Below, in pieces: positions 28,164 to 39,036 of a DNA stretch of 64,000 nt (its first letter is position 1; every line of letters begins with the position of its first letter). This DNA is from a virus, in IMG/VR virus record IMGVR_UViG_3300034066_001346, positions 1-64,000 of that record; one strand, 5' to 3'. The position numbers and the translations under genes were made by a program. Below the pieces are notes generated by a model. That model had not been told where the DNA came from. It worked only from the letters and a program-made list of their open reading frames with translations, and did not search any database.

Positions 28164-28342
28164 ATTAATTTATCTTTGATTCTTTTCCATTTTCCGTACT
28201 TAGTAGGAACTCCACAGCCTAAATACTCTTGTCCAGTCTCCATATCAATTAGCTTCCATTTACCTGGAGCCTTAGTATGAATTGTTAAATCAACTGCATT
28301 AGGATATTCTTCAACATGGGATCCGTCTAGAAGCCTTCTCAC
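28154..28342 (-). CDS. Hypothetical protein
   Basis: 62-aa ORF whose stop overlaps the tRNA 5' end. Confidence 0.5.
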   Translation of the reverse strand: MRRLLDGSHVEEYPNAVDLTIHTKAPGKWKLIDMETGQEYLGCGVPTKYGKWKRIKDKLIGD

Positions 28343-28467
28343 TTTTCTTCCTCTGGCTCTTTTGTTTGCACAAAAGGTGTGCCCTTTGAGTTTTCAATTA
28401 ATCTCTTATTATGGCTTCCGTCACAATATGGATGATTTGCACTCTTGTTGCATACACACATTTTCAT
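28339..28467 (-). CDS. CDGSH iron-sulfur domain mini-protein (not in ORF track)
   Basis: CVCNKSANHPYCDGSH. Confidence 0.8.
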   Translation of the reverse strand: MKMCVCNKSANHPYCDGSHNKRLIENSKGTPFVQTKEPEEEK

Positions 28468-28607
28468 TTAATCAATCTCCTCAATAGGTATCATTCTGTT
28501 GCATCTCTTACAATAATCGTATGACATTCCAGTAAATGGGCAAGAGCCTCCATAAACTAAATTATGACTCTTGATACTGCAAATAATACCACCGAAAAAA
28601 TCTTTTA

Positions 28608-29135
28608 TCATGCAGATAATATCTTTGAAACTGCATTCATTGTTGCTGCAATTCTTCCGATATCTCTTAGTTGCTCTGCTGTATAGCCAAACCCTTTAAG
28701 AGTTTCATAATGGCCCTTTACGCAGAAATGACATTTACCTACAATTGATGCAGCTAAAGAATACCCCTCAAACTTTGTCTTTTCAGTTCCGCCATGTGTG
28801 GCAATAGCATTCATTCTTAGCTGAGCTGGAAGGCCAGAAAGGTTAGGGTCATCTGCCATCTCTAAATATGGATACCAAACATTGTTTTGAGCCATTATGG
28901 ATCCAGCTGTAAGAGCAGCATTTTTTTCAACTTCATTATCTGAGTTTGATGATATGAATGCAACAAGCTTGGAGTTTCCAGTAGCAAACGCTGCGGCAAG
29001 AGCTATGTATCTTGCGTCCTCTGTATTAATCCCAGAGCTTCTATTCATTACAGAATCAAGGTTAAGCTTTATATCTTTAGCATATTCAGGGAGTGACTCC
29101 TTAAGTAGCTCTACCCAATCAGCCAATTGTTTCAC
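28608..29135 (-). CDS. ahpD: Alkyl hydroperoxidase AhpD
   Basis: LPEYAKDIKLNL, MAQNNVWY and GKCHFCVKGH motifs; directly downstream of ahpC. Confidence 0.88.
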   Translation of the reverse strand: MKQLADWVELLKESLPEYAKDIKLNLDSVMNRSSGINTEDARYIALAAAFATGNSKLVAFISSNSDNEVEKNAALTAGSIMAQNNVWYPYLEMADDPNLSGLPAQLRMNAIATHGGTEKTKFEGYSLAASIVGKCHFCVKGHYETLKGFGYTAEQLRDIGRIAATMNAVSKILSA

Positions 29136-29658
29136 CGCCTAAAGGTCTGTTACATGCACAAAGCTCTCCCGTTTGCAGAGCATCTAAAACACGAAGAGCT
29201 TCATCGGCATTTCTTCCAACATCAAGATTATTAACAGTTACATGCTGAATTGTATTTTCTGGATCGATTATAAATGTTGCACGATATGCAACTCCTGATG
29301 GAGATATTACTCCAAGATCTTCTGCCAATTGTCTGGCTGTATCAGCAAAAGACCACGAGTTTGTTTTACGTAGATCTTCGTGTGCATTTCTCCATGCAAT
29401 CTTACAAAATTCATTATCTACAGAGCCTGTTATAAGAACGGTATCTCTGTCATTAAAGTCATTAACTAGTTTGTCATAAGCAACAATTTCTGTTGGACAT
29501 ACAAATGTAAAATCTTTTGGATAAAAAACAATTATCTTCCACTTTCCAGGAAATGAGTCCTGATTAAGAACTTCAAAAGAACTATCTTCATAAGTTAAGG
29601 CACCTGGCTTAACTCCAACTAAAGAAAAATTACCTAACTTATCACCGATTGTTTTCAT
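29119..29658 (-). CDS. ahpC: Peroxiredoxin AhpC
   Basis: FYPKDFTFVCPTE, GRNADEALRVLDALQ and LCACN motifs. Confidence 0.95.
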   Translation of the reverse strand: MKTIGDKLGNFSLVGVKPGALTYEDSSFEVLNQDSFPGKWKIIVFYPKDFTFVCPTEIVAYDKLVNDFNDRDTVLITGSVDNEFCKIAWRNAHEDLRKTNSWSFADTARQLAEDLGVISPSGVAYRATFIIDPENTIQHVTVNNLDVGRNADEALRVLDALQTGELCACNRPLGGETIG

Positions 29659-30368
29659 TTTATCTTTTCTTCTATAAAAAATGGTACTTCGTGCACCATA
29701 AAACCTACTTAATTATACAATATTTAAAAACTGATGTCAACGCTACAATAAGAAAAGCCCACTAATTAATTAATGGACCTTCTTACTATAAAGTTTTTAT
29801 ATTTTTTTTCTTCCAACTTTTTTTGGAGCTAAAGAAGTTTCTCTTCTTATTCCATGTTTGTTAGTGTCAATTTTAGGCTTTGGATTATTCATTCCAGATC
29901 TAAATTTACCTTGGCTTGGTGATTTTGCTGTTGCTTCTCTTGATGTAACTGCACCAGATGGTTCAGAATTTGATGGCGATGCCATTCCTGTTCCGTTTTC
30001 AGACATTAATCCATATCCCCCGATTTAGCTCCAAGTGGGTTAGAGGATTCAGTCCCAAACATTGCTGGCTCAATTACAATTGCTGTTGCGCCAACGTCAT
30101 AAACATTTTGATTTGGTAGCTCTACTCCCATGAAGGCTTCTGAGCTACATCCACACATAGCGCACATATTTTTACTTTGGACCTTGTGCTGATGCCTGGT
30201 TTGAAACATCTGATGCTGAATCAGCTGCTCCTGGTGCTGCTGCGTACTGCTCACCAATTGTGTGCTGTACTGCTGGCTTTACTTCGTTAAATCCTGTTAA
30301 ATTCAATCCGTCTGTCATTTTTTTTCTCCTATAGGTTTGTTATTTAGATGGGTCTAGAATGCCATCTA

Positions 30369-31136
30369 TCAGTCTATTATATCATTTACTTGATAACGGC
30401 TCAGATGCCCTTCCCAGGGCTTTATACCGCTATTTGAGCCATTGTCTGAAGAGATGCCTTTTGACAATGAGTCTAAAACCATTTCTTCAGTAATTTCTAT
30501 TTCTGTTTCATACATTGGTCTATTTCTAGGCCTATCCTTATCCCTTTCATGATATAGAAAGGAAATCATATTATTTCTTACGCCAGATTCAACCTTTTTA
30601 ACACCGTGAGGTATCGTATAGTCTCCCTCAAAAAATATTAATGATCCTGTTGGTGGCTTATATTCAAAATCTTGTAGCGGGAAGTATAGCTCTCCGCCAG
30701 TATAGGCATCGTTTAAGTATAAAAGAGCTGCTCTATCTGAATATTCATTTTCTCTAATCTTTAATGTCTTGTCATCGCTTATATAGTGGTTATCCATATG
30801 CAGCTTATTTTCTGCACCTGGAAGCATGCTGCTGTAAAACATACTTTTTGCTATAAACTTTGTTTCATAGAATAAAGATACAGCCTCAACCATAGAGGTT
30901 GCTATCATCTGAAATAAATCTAATCCTAAATCAAACTCTGGATCTCCAGTATAATCTGAAACATATTCTATTGGTGACACTGCATATCCAGATAATCCGC
31001 CAAAGATAAACTTATTATGTGGTGTTGGGCTTAAAAATTTATTTTGTAGGTTTGTTAACAGATTGGCTGTATGTGGTGAAATAAAATTCTCTATTACATG
31101 AATTTTATCGTGGTATGTAAGTATCTTCTTTTCCAT
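30369..31136 (-). CDS. 2OG-Fe(II) oxygenase
   Basis: HMD, YLNDAYTGGELYF and HGVKKVESGVR motifs. Confidence 0.85.
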   Translation of the reverse strand: MEKKILTYHDKIHVIENFISPHTANLLTNLQNKFLSPTPHNKFIFGGLSGYAVSPIEYVSDYTGDPEFDLGLDLFQMIATSMVEAVSLFYETKFIAKSMFYSSMLPGAENKLHMDNHYISDDKTLKIRENEYSDRAALLYLNDAYTGGELYFPLQDFEYKPPTGSLIFFEGDYTIPHGVKKVESGVRNNMISFLYHERDKDRPRNRPMYETEIEITEEMVLDSLSKGISSDNGSNSGIKPWEGHLSRYQVNDIID

Positions 31137-31407
31137 CTTTTTCTTCCCATCTCTTTTTTAATGCTTCCCAGTCAATTTGATCATATGGAACCTTCTCCCA
31201 TTCACGATATCTGTGCATTTTAGCAAAAGCGCATGGGCAAGATATTCTAAACGGCTTAAATCTTTCTGGTAAATTTGTTACTATATGTATCTGAGTAAAA
31301 CAATCTGGGCATTCAAAGCTGCTTGTTCTCCAGTCATCTGCAACAACACCGTTTTCATAATCCCTAGGTGTTGGCAATCCGATATCTTCTGGATTTTTTT
31401 CTATCAT
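31105..31407 (-). CDS. Zn-binding hypothetical protein
   Basis: CPDC..CPC. Confidence 0.5.
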   Translation of the reverse strand: MIEKNPEDIGLPTPRDYENGVVADDWRTSSFECPDCFTQIHIVTNLPERFKPFRISCPCAFAKMHRYREWEKVPYDQIDWEALKKRWEEKDGKEDTYIPR

Positions 31408-31666
31408 GACTTGTACAACTTATTGTAGCAATTTGAGCACATATCTATTATTCCGCTTTCAGGAAGTGACCCTATATGAGATGCAGGCTTATTACATTCT
31501 TTTACTTCACACTTGCCAGACAACATATTGTTACTTATTTCCCCTAGCTTTTTGTCCACGGTATCCAGTTTTCTTTTTATTCATAGATCCAGGCTTTTTA
31601 TAACCAGATCCGTTTGGCGTAGCAGCGATTCTCTGCTCTAATGCCTTTTGAATTTTGTCTAGATGT

Positions 31667-32470
31667 TTACCCATTAATCTCTCCAATTATCTCTTTTACC
31701 AAATCATGTATATTATGATACTGATCGTCTTGCATGTGGTTAGTTATTTGAATATCTGATATACCACCATTATACAAGTCTATCATAAAATCTTTAACTT
31801 CTTGCCTAGATCCAAATACAGTAAAGTTTGATGCGTAGGGATTTGATAATTTATCCATGACACTTTTTGCCTCAGCATATGTATCCCTTATTACAACCCC
31901 TAGGCTCACCATTTGCCTGCTAGCCATACTAAATTTTATATTATTCTCTGGTTTTTTATATTCAGACCATGAAACTAAACTTGTAAAGTTATTTTTATTA
32001 GAAATCTCAATTGTTTTTTCAGAATGGCCGCCCATTACAATTTCTGGGAAATTGCGTACAGATTTTAATGATAAAAACTTTTTAATCCACTCGTCTGTAT
32101 AGACTAATCTATTTTCAGGAGTGTCTATATATTTAGATATAAATACCGAATCTGACAGAAAGGTTTCTCTGCTATTAATATCTCCAGAAACTATGTTAAG
32201 CATTAGCCTATCTTTTTGAATTTCATCAAAAGCTCTGCAAATCATACCCATGTACTCTGGTGATATGGAGTATGTTCTTATTGCCTGCATATATTTTATT
32301 TTATGATTTTTGTTTAAAGCATAAGCACATTTTATTAAGTTATCTGGGACTAGAGGGTCATAAGTTAACATTAAAGAGTAATAGCCGAACTGATCCAGCT
32401 CTTCTGAAAGATTAATTATTCCTTCTGGAGATAAATCATTTTCTCTACCCATAAAATGAAATCTAATCAA
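31667..32470 (-). CDS. Luciferase-like (LLM) flavin-dependent monooxygenase family protein
   Basis: KIKYMQAIR..SPEY, RLMLNIVSGD and MGGHS motifs (SsuD-like). Confidence 0.7.
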   Translation of the reverse strand: MIRFHFMGRENDLSPEGIINLSEELDQFGYYSLMLTYDPLVPDNLIKCAYALNKNHKIKYMQAIRTYSISPEYMGMICRAFDEIQKDRLMLNIVSGDINSRETFLSDSVFISKYIDTPENRLVYTDEWIKKFLSLKSVRNFPEIVMGGHSEKTIEISNKNNFTSLVSWSEYKKPENNIKFSMASRQMVSLGVVIRDTYAEAKSVMDKLSNPYASNFTVFGSRQEVKDFMIDLYNGGISDIQITNHMQDDQYHNIHDLVKEIIGEING

Positions 32471-32476
32471 TTTTTT

Positions 32477-32677
32477 CTACTTAAGTTTATTTCCAAACTT
32501 AGCCCAAACTCTTTCATGTAGAAAATATCCTAGAGCTTCCCAGCCAATATAAATAAGTGCACCCAGGCTTGCATATTCCCATTCACCCGTAAATAAGTAA
32601 ATAACTCCTGCAACACCAACTAGGTGAAATGTTTCCCAGCTTAATGTTTTTAACAATGTTCTTTTAGTTGATTCCAT
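32477..32677 (-). CDS. DUF2061-like membrane protein
   Basis: ESTKRTLLKTLSW..YFLHERVW. Confidence 0.75.
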   Translation of the reverse strand: MESTKRTLLKTLSWETFHLVGVAGVIYLFTGEWEYASLGALIYIGWEALGYFLHERVWAKFGNKLK

Positions 32678-32711
32678 GTTTTAATTATTCTCTCTATTAG
32701 ATAAAAGGTAA

Positions 32712-32738
32712 ATGGGGCGGATAAAATCCGCCCCATTT
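32712..32738. terminator. Terminator hairpin
   Basis: AATGGGGCGGAT-AAA-ATCCGCCCCATT. Confidence 0.8.
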
Positions 32739-32743
32739 ATTAA

Positions 32744-33904
32744 TTACTTAAGCAAAGATACCTTTGCTTTTGGATTCTTCTTGTTCCACTGAAGAGCCAA
32801 CTTGTTAAATGCAGCCTTTACAGACTTAAGTGTTGCTGCATTATCTGCAGTCAACTTAGCGATCTGTGCATCTTTAGCAGCAAGTGCTGCATCAGAAGCG
32901 ACCTTTGCATCAGCAATAGCCTTGGCAGAAGCAGCTTTTTCAGCAGTAAGAGCCGCAGCAGATGCTGCCTTCTCTGTTGCTAGTGCAGCAGCAGCATCAG
33001 CGTTAGCCTTTACAACTGCAGCATCTGAAATTGCCTTTGCAGCAAGTGCTGCATCCTTAGCTGCAGTCTGTGCAGCAAGTTCTGATACTAGATCACGAAC
33101 TGCGATTTCTGCAAATGGTGCTAGCGTACGAGCAGGAAGACCAACTACATCTGCAGTTGTTGCCTGACCAGCAGTTGTTGGAGCAAACGTAATAAGTGTG
33201 CGTGATCCAGTTGTAGGAAGAGTTACTTTAAACTCAGCCACACCAAAGTCAGAGAGTGCGCTACCTAGTAGTGCCGTTGCTGAATCAAGTGTTCCTGTTG
33301 CAGCAAATACTGTTGCGGTAATTGTTTTTGTAACACCATCAACTGCAGCACCAGAAACCTTGTTTCCAAATACATCTACAGCAGCAACTGTAATTGTTTG
33401 CTTTGTACCTGCAGCACCTGATGCTGGAGCAGTTACTGTTAGGTTGTTGATCTTACCAGCAGTTCCCTGTACATAGTATGTAAGAGTTGTTCCACCGTTG
33501 TTGATTACAACTGTGCCAATTGCTGTTGTCTTTGTATAGACATAGAATGTTGCAGTTGTTCCTGTACCAGTTGCAATGCTTAGGCTTGAAGAGCCTGATG
33601 CCGATGTTACTGGTGCAGCGGTTGTGTGTAGTGCAGACACGATTGTTGCGTTTGTTGTTACTACAGAAACGACTGTTCCTGTGTCAACTGTTGCGACGAA
33701 CCTAAGTGCGTCAGCAGCGTCAACTGTGTTGTCTGCTGGGACTGGCAATGATGCAGGTGTTGCGATTGCTGAGGCAGTTGTGTTAGCCGTTCCAGCGAGA
33801 TCGACAGCGACTGTCATTACAGCAGCACTTGCAGGTGTTGCTACGATTGTGCCCAAAGTCATGGCTGCAACCATGGCTAGTGCGATTTTCTTAAATGAGT
33901 TCAT
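32744..33904 (-). CDS. Secreted Ala/Thr-rich surface (S-layer-like) protein
   Basis: Signal peptide MNSFKKIALAMVAAMTLG..ASA; beta-rich Thr/Val body; Ala/Lys coiled coil. Confidence 0.65.
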   Translation of the reverse strand: MNSFKKIALAMVAAMTLGTIVATPASAAVMTVAVDLAGTANTTASAIATPASLPVPADNTVDAADALRFVATVDTGTVVSVVTTNATIVSALHTTAAPVTSASGSSSLSIATGTGTTATFYVYTKTTAIGTVVINNGGTTLTYYVQGTAGKINNLTVTAPASGAAGTKQTITVAAVDVFGNKVSGAAVDGVTKTITATVFAATGTLDSATALLGSALSDFGVAEFKVTLPTTGSRTLITFAPTTAGQATTADVVGLPARTLAPFAEIAVRDLVSELAAQTAAKDAALAAKAISDAAVVKANADAAAALATEKAASAAALTAEKAASAKAIADAKVASDAALAAKDAQIAKLTADNAATLKSVKAAFNKLALQWNKKNPKAKVSLLK

Positions 33905-34112
33905 TTAATTTATTCTCCTTATTTCCTCTGCCTCTTCATGAGAACAGAAATTTAGTTTTGATCTAATAGTTTTACATGAAAGCTGCATGGATCAAATCCA
34001 GCTTCCCATTCATCTGCTTCTTCATCTGTCATTGGAGCACCTTCATGTGTATCACAAAAGACATCTGAGATCCATTTTTTTTCATATCCAACTAGAAGCC
34101 ATGCTTCAAAGT

Positions 34113-34415
34113 CTAGATCCATTTGGACAACTCCTCAACAAGTACATGCTTTGGTTTTGCTCCAATTATAGTTTTTACTGGTTTACCGCTTTCAAATAAT
34201 ACCATAGTTGGTATTGATGTTACTGAGAATTCGGCAGTTTTTATTGGATTTTCATCAACATTTAACTTTGCAACCCATAAATTATTTTCTGATGATATTT
34301 CATCTAATATGGGTGAAAGCTTTTTACAGGGACCACACCATTCAGCCCAAAAATCAACCAAAACAATCTTGTGTGAATTTATCGTGTCTTCAAATGTGGT
34401 ATCTGTAATGTTCAT
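34113..34415 (-). CDS. trxA: Thioredoxin
   Basis: DFWAEWCGPCK and SIPT motifs. Confidence 0.95.
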   Translation of the reverse strand: MNITDTTFEDTINSHKIVLVDFWAEWCGPCKKLSPILDEISSENNLWVAKLNVDENPIKTAEFSVTSIPTMVLFESGKPVKTIIGAKPKHVLVEELSKWI

Positions 34416-34613
34416 TAACTATCCTTTAGTTGATCTGCTGCTTCATTAAATTTAAACATAAATGTCTGAATTACCCAAATAGCTGTTTCTCCAGCATTTT
34501 TAGCCATAGCCTTCGAAGCCTCTTCGGTTCTATCTTCAATAGCAAGACCATTGTACCATTTTTGGTATAGTTCTTCACCAATATCTTTAATGATTCCTTC
34601 TAAAACTGTAGTC

Positions 34614-35543
34614 TTATCCATTAATTGCCGCCTGCAAGTTAATAATCTTATTCACAGATCCGCTATATGTTTTTGCTACAGATGCAGTTGATTTGAGCAA
34701 AGACAAGTACTGAGTGTATGATAGTCCTGGCTTTGACTGCTTAAGTGCTACCCAGTTGGCTGCCGCAATTTGAGTAGAGATAGAAGTTCCAACTCCATAT
34801 CCTGTCGATCCACCTGGATAAATAACCTTGGCTGATCCTGGTGCAAAGAAACTGAGAAGAGATGTGTCATCATTTGAATAAAATTCAGCCTCAGACTGTG
34901 TGCTTACTGCGCCAACAGATATTGCGTTTGGAACACATGAAGGCCAGTCAACCCTCTTCTTGTCTCCATTATTTCCAGAGGCAAAAAATGGTGCTATTCC
35001 AGCAGCAACCATGCTAGCCAAAGACTTAGTAACAACAGAATTATTCGGGCAGTAATTTGCTCCAGATAAAAGGTTATGGTGTCCTTGTGCCATGGCAACC
35101 GCTTGAATATTAAACCTATCCTTATTTTCGATTACCCAATTTAGTGCTGCGGCTATTTCTGATGGACCAGTTGTCTGTCTTTGTCCAAAAATAGAGTTAC
35201 CAATAATTCTTACAAAAACGATCTGCATGTTGGGGTTTGCTTCTAAAGCAACAGAAGCCATTTGTGTTCCATGATTAAAGTTTCTGCTACTCATGATATT
35301 CATTGGAAGAGATGCAGAGCCTGGGCCCTCCATAAATGCTTTTCCATTAGGACATGTCATCCACTTAATTATACATACTTCGTGTGCAATCTTTCCTTGA
35401 AAAGCTGGAATTGATGAATCAAGTGCCGTATCCAAAATTGCAATTGTTGGAACGGCAGTCGTTGAAGACTTGAGCGCAGCATGTGATGCTGTTGGGATAA
35501 GCACTATCAATGATGTTAGTGCAATTATTAGTTTTTTGTTCAT
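34614..35543 (-). CDS. Secreted subtilisin-like S8 peptidase
   Basis: Signal peptide; ILDT, HGT, ASGN and GTS catalytic motifs. Confidence 0.85.
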   Translation of the reverse strand: MNKKLIIALTSLIVLIPTASHAALKSSTTAVPTIAILDTALDSSIPAFQGKIAHEVCIIKWMTCPNGKAFMEGPGSASLPMNIMSSRNFNHGTQMASVALEANPNMQIVFVRIIGNSIFGQRQTTGPSEIAAALNWVIENKDRFNIQAVAMAQGHHNLLSGANYCPNNSVVTKSLASMVAAGIAPFFASGNNGDKKRVDWPSCVPNAISVGAVSTQSEAEFYSNDDTSLLSFFAPGSAKVIYPGGSTGYGVGTSISTQIAAANWVALKQSKPGLSYTQYLSLLKSTASVAKTYSGSVNKIINLQAAING

Positions 35544-35743
35544 GGCTTTATTCTACTAAAATGCCACTGGTATGTCAATACCCTAGTCTACCTTCTTTTT
35601 ATACCACTTTCCAGCATCCATATCTGGAACTGTTACCTGATTTTGATTTAATAACATTTCTATTGCTGTAAGTGCATACTCCATTTGGAATTGTGTACGC
35701 AAAAGCTCCATCTCAAGGAGTCTTAGTCTTTCTGATTTTCTCA

Positions 35744-36055
35744 TTATTCCATATTCTCTCTATCAACTAATGTTGGTGCAGTAGCAATATTACCACATGA
35801 TGCACACAACATATCTAAGAAATAGGTAGCTATCTCATAGTTTTCAAAAACTGTCTTAACGTACCATATATTAGATCCACATACACATATGTGTGTTGGT
35901 GTACCTCGTAAATCTAATGCTGTTGGCTCTGGCTCTTCTTGTGCCAACTCTTCTTTATCAAATATCAAAACTTCATATTTATCTAAAAAGTTTCTAGCAG
36001 CAGATGCCGATACTAAGCTTAGTATTAGAATAGATAATCTATTAAGCATCTTCAT
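35744..36055 (-). CDS. Zn-ribbon hypothetical protein
   Basis: CVCG..CASCG. Confidence 0.55.
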   Translation of the reverse strand: MKMLNRLSILILSLVSASAARNFLDKYEVLIFDKEELAQEEPEPTALDLRGTPTHICVCGSNIWYVKTVFENYEIATYFLDMLCASCGNIATAPTLVDRENME

Positions 36056-36070
36056 ATAATTAATTATACT

Positions 36071-36625
36071 CTAAACCTGAATATATGTAAAGGGTGGTGC
36101 TACTGACATTGAGAATTCTGACGCCGCTTCTAAAGCTAATTTTAATCTCATCTTGGGATTCTTTTGATTCTTTGTTGCATGAAGGGCTCCAAGGGCAAAC
36201 ATTCCGCCTGAGCCTTCAGCCATATAATTAACTACATTCTCACCAACATGGAAATCTTCATCTACAACAAAGATTCTTCCCTCTAGGCCTACTATAAAGA
36301 TGCCACCAGTATCTTCATCTGTTCCGCCTATATCTCCAAAGCCGTGATCTTTAAATGCCGCTTTAACAGAATCAATAAACTTAGTTCTCATAAACTTATC
36401 TAAGCCTGAGTTAGTCTTTGTTGGAGTATACTTTGGTGGTGTCCATGAGTATTGAAGGATCTGCCCCATGCGAAAGCTATCAGTAAATGCAATACCGTAC
36501 TGTCCAACCTTAAAGCACTTTGGCTCTTTTCTAGACATCACCCATCCACTTTTATCATCAGATGCGGCATGGTCGGAACCCATGTAGACGGTTCCATTTT
36601 GAGCTATAGCAACAATACAGGTCAT
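36071..36625 (-). CDS. Ntn-hydrolase / HslV-proteasome beta-like protein
   Basis: MTCIVA with N-terminal Thr; GSD, K and GSG..ALGAL motifs. Confidence 0.75.
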   Translation of the reverse strand: MTCIVAIAQNGTVYMGSDHAASDDKSGWVMSRKEPKCFKVGQYGIAFTDSFRMGQILQYSWTPPKYTPTKTNSGLDKFMRTKFIDSVKAAFKDHGFGDIGGTDEDTGGIFIVGLEGRIFVVDEDFHVGENVVNYMAEGSGGMFALGALHATKNQKNPKMRLKLALEAASEFSMSVAPPFTYIQV

Positions 36626-36657
36626 AGCATAAGTATACTATTTATAAATTCGTAGTG

Positions 36658-36966
36658 CTAGTCCTCTTTTAAATGTATCTCAATATGTGATAATTTAATT
36701 AATGTATTTTCAAGCTCAGCTTTAACCTCAATTAATTCCTGAATAGCCTCATAATATTTATTCTTCCACTCATGAAGGTCTTTTTCTAATTGATATAATT
36801 TAATCTCTAAATCTTTTAATTCAAGCTTAAGGTCAGACTGAATTTTCTCTTGCCTTCTAAAGACTTCCCTTTTCTTTTCTTTAATAGAATTAAACAGGGC
36901 AGTGCCAAAACCGCTCAAAATTGAGATTAGTATAGTTATTCCTATTTGAAATGCAGATACTTCCAT
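36658..36966 (-). CDS. Membrane-anchored coiled-coil protein
   Basis: N-terminal TM helix plus heptad repeats. Confidence 0.55.
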   Translation of the reverse strand: MEVSAFQIGITILISILSGFGTALFNSIKEKKREVFRRQEKIQSDLKLELKDLEIKLYQLEKDLHEWKNKYYEAIQELIEVKAELENTLIKLSHIEIHLKED

Positions 36967-36996
36967 TATAATGCAATTATACAGTATAAATGATTA

Positions 36997-37731
36997 TTAA
37001 ACTAATAATTCAGAAGCAGATATGTCATTACCAATGTATCTTTTTTTGACTATAAATTCTCTAACATATTCTGATCCAAATTGTCTTCCAGACAAAATTA
37101 CAACCCATCTTGGTTCAAACTTAGATGTTATGCATGTCTCACAAACAAGCAAATTTATAGGCAATAGGCTAGACTTTCTTAAATTCAACTTATTTTTATT
37201 CTTATTGCATGAATAGCATAAAATTTTTTCCATTAATTTTCTTCCTCAATGTGCTCAAAAACTATTTCATCTACGATAACGAAATCTTCGTTCTCTAAAA
37301 GTGCTTCGTGCTCTATTTCATCTTTCTTATACCTGACTATTGAGGCAAATGCACCTAGCTTATCTATAGTGCCAAATACCCCCTCTTCGTTTAGGAATAC
37401 AACAACTACCCTATCATAGTACTCTTTCACTTGGTGCCCCCTCTAGCTCGCATCTTACTCCATATGACTCTATCAACCTTTTTACCTTGTTGACATAATC
37501 AATAACCATTTCTTTCTTAGTACCTTCATACTGTAAAAAATTGTCTTCATAAAGTCTTATTGCTAGAAAATCGGGATACATTACTATGTCCATTAATAAA
37601 TCAAAAACTGGCTTATTGATTTCTCTAACCCTTTGAGCCATTTCTTTTGTATAGAACACTGGCTTATTTGGCTCACCGTTCCACTGATTAATTCCGTGCT
37701 TAAAATGATTTTTGTCTTTATCAATAAACAT
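36997..37731 (-). other. Three hypothetical ORFs (36997-37233, 37233-37430, 37414-37731)
   Basis: Overlapping operon downstream of whiB. Confidence 0.6.
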
Positions 37732-38032
37732 TTTTTTTCTTCAATCTTTTCCATATTTCTTGATCTTTGTGTGTATTACGAGATCTGTTTATACTTCCTG
37801 CATTTAAATATACCCCGCCCCAAACTCCATACTCTTCATTTTCCACACCTGCGTCGTAACACATTTTAATAACAGGGCAAGACAGGCAGGCCTCATCTAT
37901 ATTTTTTGCAACATTAACATCTGATTCATACTTATCATAAAATAAATTAGTATCCATGCCTCTGCATATACCTAGATGCCACCACTCAAAATCTTCCTGA
38001 TCAACACCTAGGTTATTTAAAATATTTGACAT
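37721..38032 (-). CDS. whiB: WhiB-family Fe-S transcription factor
   Basis: C..LFY..CLSCPVIKMC..GVWGG; start probably MSNIL at 38032. Confidence 0.9.
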   Translation of the reverse strand: MSNILNNLGVDQEDFEWWHLGICRGMDTNLFYDKYESDVNVAKNIDEACLSCPVIKMCYDAGVENEEYGVWGGVYLNAGSINRSRNTHKDQEIWKRLKKKNVY

Positions 38033-38508
38033 ATCGCTTTGGCAGCTTCCATAGACCCTGATCATTGACAGTAATTGTTTCTGCCAAACCCCACTCTTTT
38101 CTAAACATTCCTTTTTTATCTGAATATCCAGAAGAATTTTTGTTCCATATAACTAGGTCATAATTATTCCAAAATGACTCTTGAGTTTTAGTCTTTGACT
38201 TATTTATAAAAACATCTACACCTAAAGATGTAAGGGTCAGCATTTCTTTCCTATCAGTATGTCCGCCTGATTTAATTTTGTGTCATATAAAAGCATAGCC
38301 ACACAACACTATATTATTATACAGTAATTTGTGTGGCTATGTCAATCTATTTTTGTGCTATTTTAACTATATTAATTTTTTTGATTTCATCATCTAAATT
38401 AAATATATCATGCACATATTCAGATGCATCCTCCTGGTTAAAGGCTTCTACCTCTATTTCAACATCTAATTTAACTTTATATGTGTTCATAGTATTAGTA
38501 TAGCATTT

Positions 38509-39035
38509 TTAAGGTTTAGGTGCTCTAGACGACTTTACTTTATCAGACAATTGACGCTCTTCAACTTCGACGTCTGCTACAGTTTTTGCGCCCTTGTCAA
38601 CAGTTGAAAATGCTGCATTAATTTCATCTGCTGTTAGCTTGCCATCGTCCATAAATGCACGAGCAAGCTTCTCAACTACAGCTGCAACTGCTGTTAATCC
38701 AGCAACTGTTATAGCCTTTGCTGTTGAAATTCCAGCAATTGCTCCAGCTCCAATAACGGCAAGTCCGTTAGCAGCAAAAACAGCAACAATTCTCATCAAT
38801 ATATTTTTAATATTCTTTACGCTATTCATTATTTATCCTTTCTTAACGGTATTGTAATTAGCCAAATTACTGTTGTTGCAAGTACTGCAATTCCAACAAT
38901 ATCTCTTGCTGATCCCGTCAAAGTTAGCCATGCGATGAAGAAGCCTAGAAGCGTAAAGGCTTGTGCAATTACTTCCACCCCTGCATCTTTTAGCCATGTA
39001 AAGAATCCCTTTACAACCTTTTTGATTATTTTCAT
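38509..39035 (-). other. Two small membrane proteins (38509-38829, 38829-39035)
   Basis: Two TM helices each; coupled to the PA14 gene. Confidence 0.6.
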
Positions 39036-39036
39036 A

